Shown piece by piece: positions 61,731-64,000 of a stretch of DNA of 64,000 nt. The stretch comes from Macrostomum lignano. Lineage: Eukaryota. The notes under the pieces are model-generated. The model saw nothing but the letters and a program-made list of their open reading frames with translations, had not been told where the DNA came from and made no database searches. Made by a program: the position numbers and the translations under genes. Location of the stretch: positions 1 through 64,000 of the forward strand of contig NIVC01001746.1 of the NCBI GenBank assembly GCA_002269645.1, given 5' to 3'. The stretch's first letter is position 1. Each line of letters begins with the position of its first letter.

Positions 61731-63664
61731 TCAGTCCACTTTGACTACGCTGTAGATTTTCCGCACAAACCAGAATGTGGCGAAGAAGCTCACGGATCCT
61801 GCAAGTGGACGAGGTTGAATTGGAGATTTAAAAAGCGTTTTATAAACTTTGAACTAACTAATGGCGATTTCTAAATTCAAGATAAAATAGCGCTTTTTAA
61901 TTTGAAGTTAAAATACGATTTTTTAAATCAAAGATAAACCGGCGATTTTTCAAATAGAAGATAAAATGGCGATTGTTTAAATTGTAGACTAAATGGCGAT
62001 TTAAAAAAACTGAATATTAATTGGCAATTCTTTCGCGGTCAATAGCGCGGTACACATAGTCAGTTTCTAGATTCCTGCCATCTGGTTCGCAGAAATTTTC
62101 TGTCCATCATCAGTCGTACCAATACACTGCAGTCAATATCGTGTGCAGCAATCTTGTTCGCACATTAAGAAATCATTGTTGAGCCTAGCAATCAGTTTTC
62201 AAATCCTGTAAATAGGAGGATTAACAAAGAAGCGGGCGAAATCCTTCCGGGCGACGATGACGTCAGGCCGATTTCTCTACAGAGGAGCATCGGCATCCTT
62301 GCCTGCAACTTTGCAGGTGATGAGCTGCCTTCCAGCACTCATGGCGATGGTAGAGATAGACACAGGCGGCTTTCCGGGCAGGCAGTCTCTGGTGCAGAAG
62401 CTCCTTGACTTCAACGAGAGTTACGAATGGTTTCTCGGGGACTATTTGGAAGACTCGGGTCTTTCATTTCGGCGTCCAACTTTACATGCCTTCTTCCACC
62501 ACACCTCAGCTTGGCAGTCCGAGCTTCTCGAACCCAGGTAGCGATGATCGATCTCGCAGTGGAATTCTTGATGTTTAGGACGTTAGCCAGCGCCTTCCAG
62601 TCGTCGCCAGCTTCAAAGGCATCAACCAGTTGATGCCGATCAGTTTTTGTCGTTCGGTTTCTACGGACTTGCTCAGCCAAATTGAATCATAGGAGTTAAA
62701 TTTTCAGAGCAAATTAAAGCAGTGGCTATAGAGTAACAGCCATTTTGAGATGTGAGTTAAATAGATCACAGAAAGCGCTAAGTCCATTGAATGCAACCCT
62801 ATTTTGATTACAACATGCCAGTAGTGGTAGTCGTTGAGTTTTAAAGGTATGAATGGCATCATATAATAACTAAATTGATTGCTAGGCTCAATAATGATTT
62901 CCACATGTGCGAACCAGATTGTAGGAATCTAGAAACTGACTATGTGTACCGCGCTATTGACTGGGAAATGCTATAAAAAGCGATTTTTAAAATTAAAGAT
63001 AAGATGGCGATTTTTTAAACTGAAGATCAACCGGCCACTTCCTCTCACCTGTTAGCAGGAAGCATATCAGCGCAATGATAGCCGTGTAGCCAAAGAACAG
63101 GCAGGCAGACACGGCGCCGTCCACTGCCATTTTGGTTGCGTAATAGTGCACCGAGTACAGCAGCAGGTAGATGGAGGTGGCACCACCAGTCAGGTACGCC
63201 CGCCACCACCACCTGTGATTCTCGGCGCAGAGCTGGAAATAGCAGAGCAATACGGCGGTCTCCGAGCACGTGATTAGCAAGATGAGAAAGGCCAGGAACA
63301 GGAAGCCGAACATGTAGAACACCTCCGTGCCCCAGATGGAGTTGAAGATCAGGTGCAGCTGGATGAAGATGCACCCGAATGGCAGGATGCCGCCGGCCAG
63401 GATGGATGGCGCGGTGCGCAGGAACAGCGACTGGCGGGGCACCTGCGGATTGGAGTGCGGGTTCACTTGTTAGTTAGTTAGTCAGTCAGTCAGTCAGTCA
63501 GTCAGTCAGTCAGTCAGTCAGTCAGTCAGTCAGTCAGTCAGTCAGTCAGTCAGTCAGTCAGTCAGTCAGTCAGTCAGTCAGTCAGTCAGTCAGTCAGTCA
63601 GTCAGTCAGTCAGTCAGTCAGTCAGTCAGTCAGTCAGTCAGTCAGTCAGTCAGTCAGTCAGTCA

Positions 63665-63697
<33 letters not shown>

Positions 63698-63951
63698 ACC
63701 ACAGCAGGATTTGCACCGACCTGTCTGGGAATTTGGTTGACCCGCACCGGCAGTTCAATAACTGACTTCTTGTAGCCAAAATAGGCCCCGGCAAAGCACA
63801 GCGGAACTGACACGCAGAGCCACAGGGCTAGCAAGCCAACAATAGTGGCGAATGGCACGGCCGCTGAGCTGCCCTTGGCCCACAGCATCAGGTTCAGGAT
63901 GAAGAATACTCCGAACACCAGGCCCGGGCAGAGCAGGGCTGTCAGCAGCAC
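61731..63951 (-). CDS. TM9SF2: Transmembrane 9 superfamily member, TM9SF2-like; last three coding exons (5' part lies beyond the window)
   Basis: 63951-63721 (VLLTALLCPGLVF...GSSAAVPF...PVRVNQIPRQ), 63442-63049 (VPRQS...GGILPFGCIFIQL...CAENHRWWWR...), 61798-61731 (GSVSFFATFWFVRKIYSVVKVD*). Splice phases 0 and 1 are consistent. The C-terminal KIYSVVKVD matches TM9SF2 and ends in the KxD/E Golgi-retention motif. Confidence 0.92.
62036..62963 (-). mobile_element. Internally deleted, non-autonomous Tc1/mariner(IS630)-like DNA transposon in the last TM9SF2 intron
   Basis: Terminal inverted repeats 62036-62194 and 62876-62963 (39-bp identical block gtcaatagcgcgg...ctagattcct) enclose a decayed HTH-type transposase N-terminus. 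No DDE domain or TA target-site duplication seen. Confidence 0.8.
62215..62680 (-). pseudogene. Transposase remnant (N-terminal DNA-binding HTH region)
   Basis: AEQVRRNRTTKTDRHQLVDAFEAGDDWKALANVLNIKNSTARSIIATW...GGRRHVKLDAEMK, then a frameshift to TRVFQIVPEKPFVTLVEVKELL, a 4-bp duplication, PGKPPVSISTIA, an in-frame TAG, and RNRPDVIVARKDFARFF. Superfamily assigned from the motif pattern only. Confidence 0.75.
63470..63697. repeat. (GTCA)n/(GTTA)3 microsatellite filling a TM9SF2 intron
   Basis: About 225 nt of a 278-nt intron; the sense strand reads (CTGA)n(CTAA)3C. Confidence 0.98.
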
Positions 63952-64000
63952 CTGCGGGTGGGGTGATGGCGATTCTTGATAGGGTTGTGGGGCGATTCCT

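Larger units (their letters stand above)
61860..63038. repeat. Degenerate 26-27-bp minisatellite (aagataaaatggcgatttttaaattg) split by the transposon
   Basis: Cores at 61862, 61888, 61914, 61940, 61967, 61994, 62022, resuming in the same orientation at 62978, 63005, 63032. Confidence 0.8.

Overview
Animal (metazoan) genomic DNA with spliceosomal introns, not a prokaryotic locus. The GC3-rich exons and extreme load of intronic simple repeats resemble a flatworm such as Macrostomum, but that is inference only. Bases 1-28216 are one T-free, 70% GC, 20-bp satellite (CCACCAAGAGACAGGGGCGC, about 1,400 copies); the 9272-aa ORF is an artefact of it. The remaining ~36 kb holds four spliced genes reconstructed by hand: CBF-beta (minus, 5 exons, not called as a gene by the ORF track), TMEM26-like (minus), a divergent bestrophin (plus, 4 exons, 591 aa) and the last three exons of a TM9SF2-like gene (minus). 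It also holds one tRNA-His(GTG), an internally deleted Tc1/mariner-like element, several small foldback elements and about 16 unrelated tandem arrays. I found no CRISPR, defence or other prokaryotic-type system. The best leads are: (1) a bestrophin whose acidic Ca2+ clasp is largely charge-neutralised; (2) a 0.9-kb array with about 44 RUNX consensus sites between the divergent TMEM26 and bestrophin genes, about 18 kb from the gene for the RUNX cofactor CBF-beta; (3) the mega-satellite ending about 1.2 kb from the CBF-beta stop; (4) an intron made mostly of repeated branch-point motifs. Reference protein sequences and numbering are from memory and were aligned by eye; no database searches were run.
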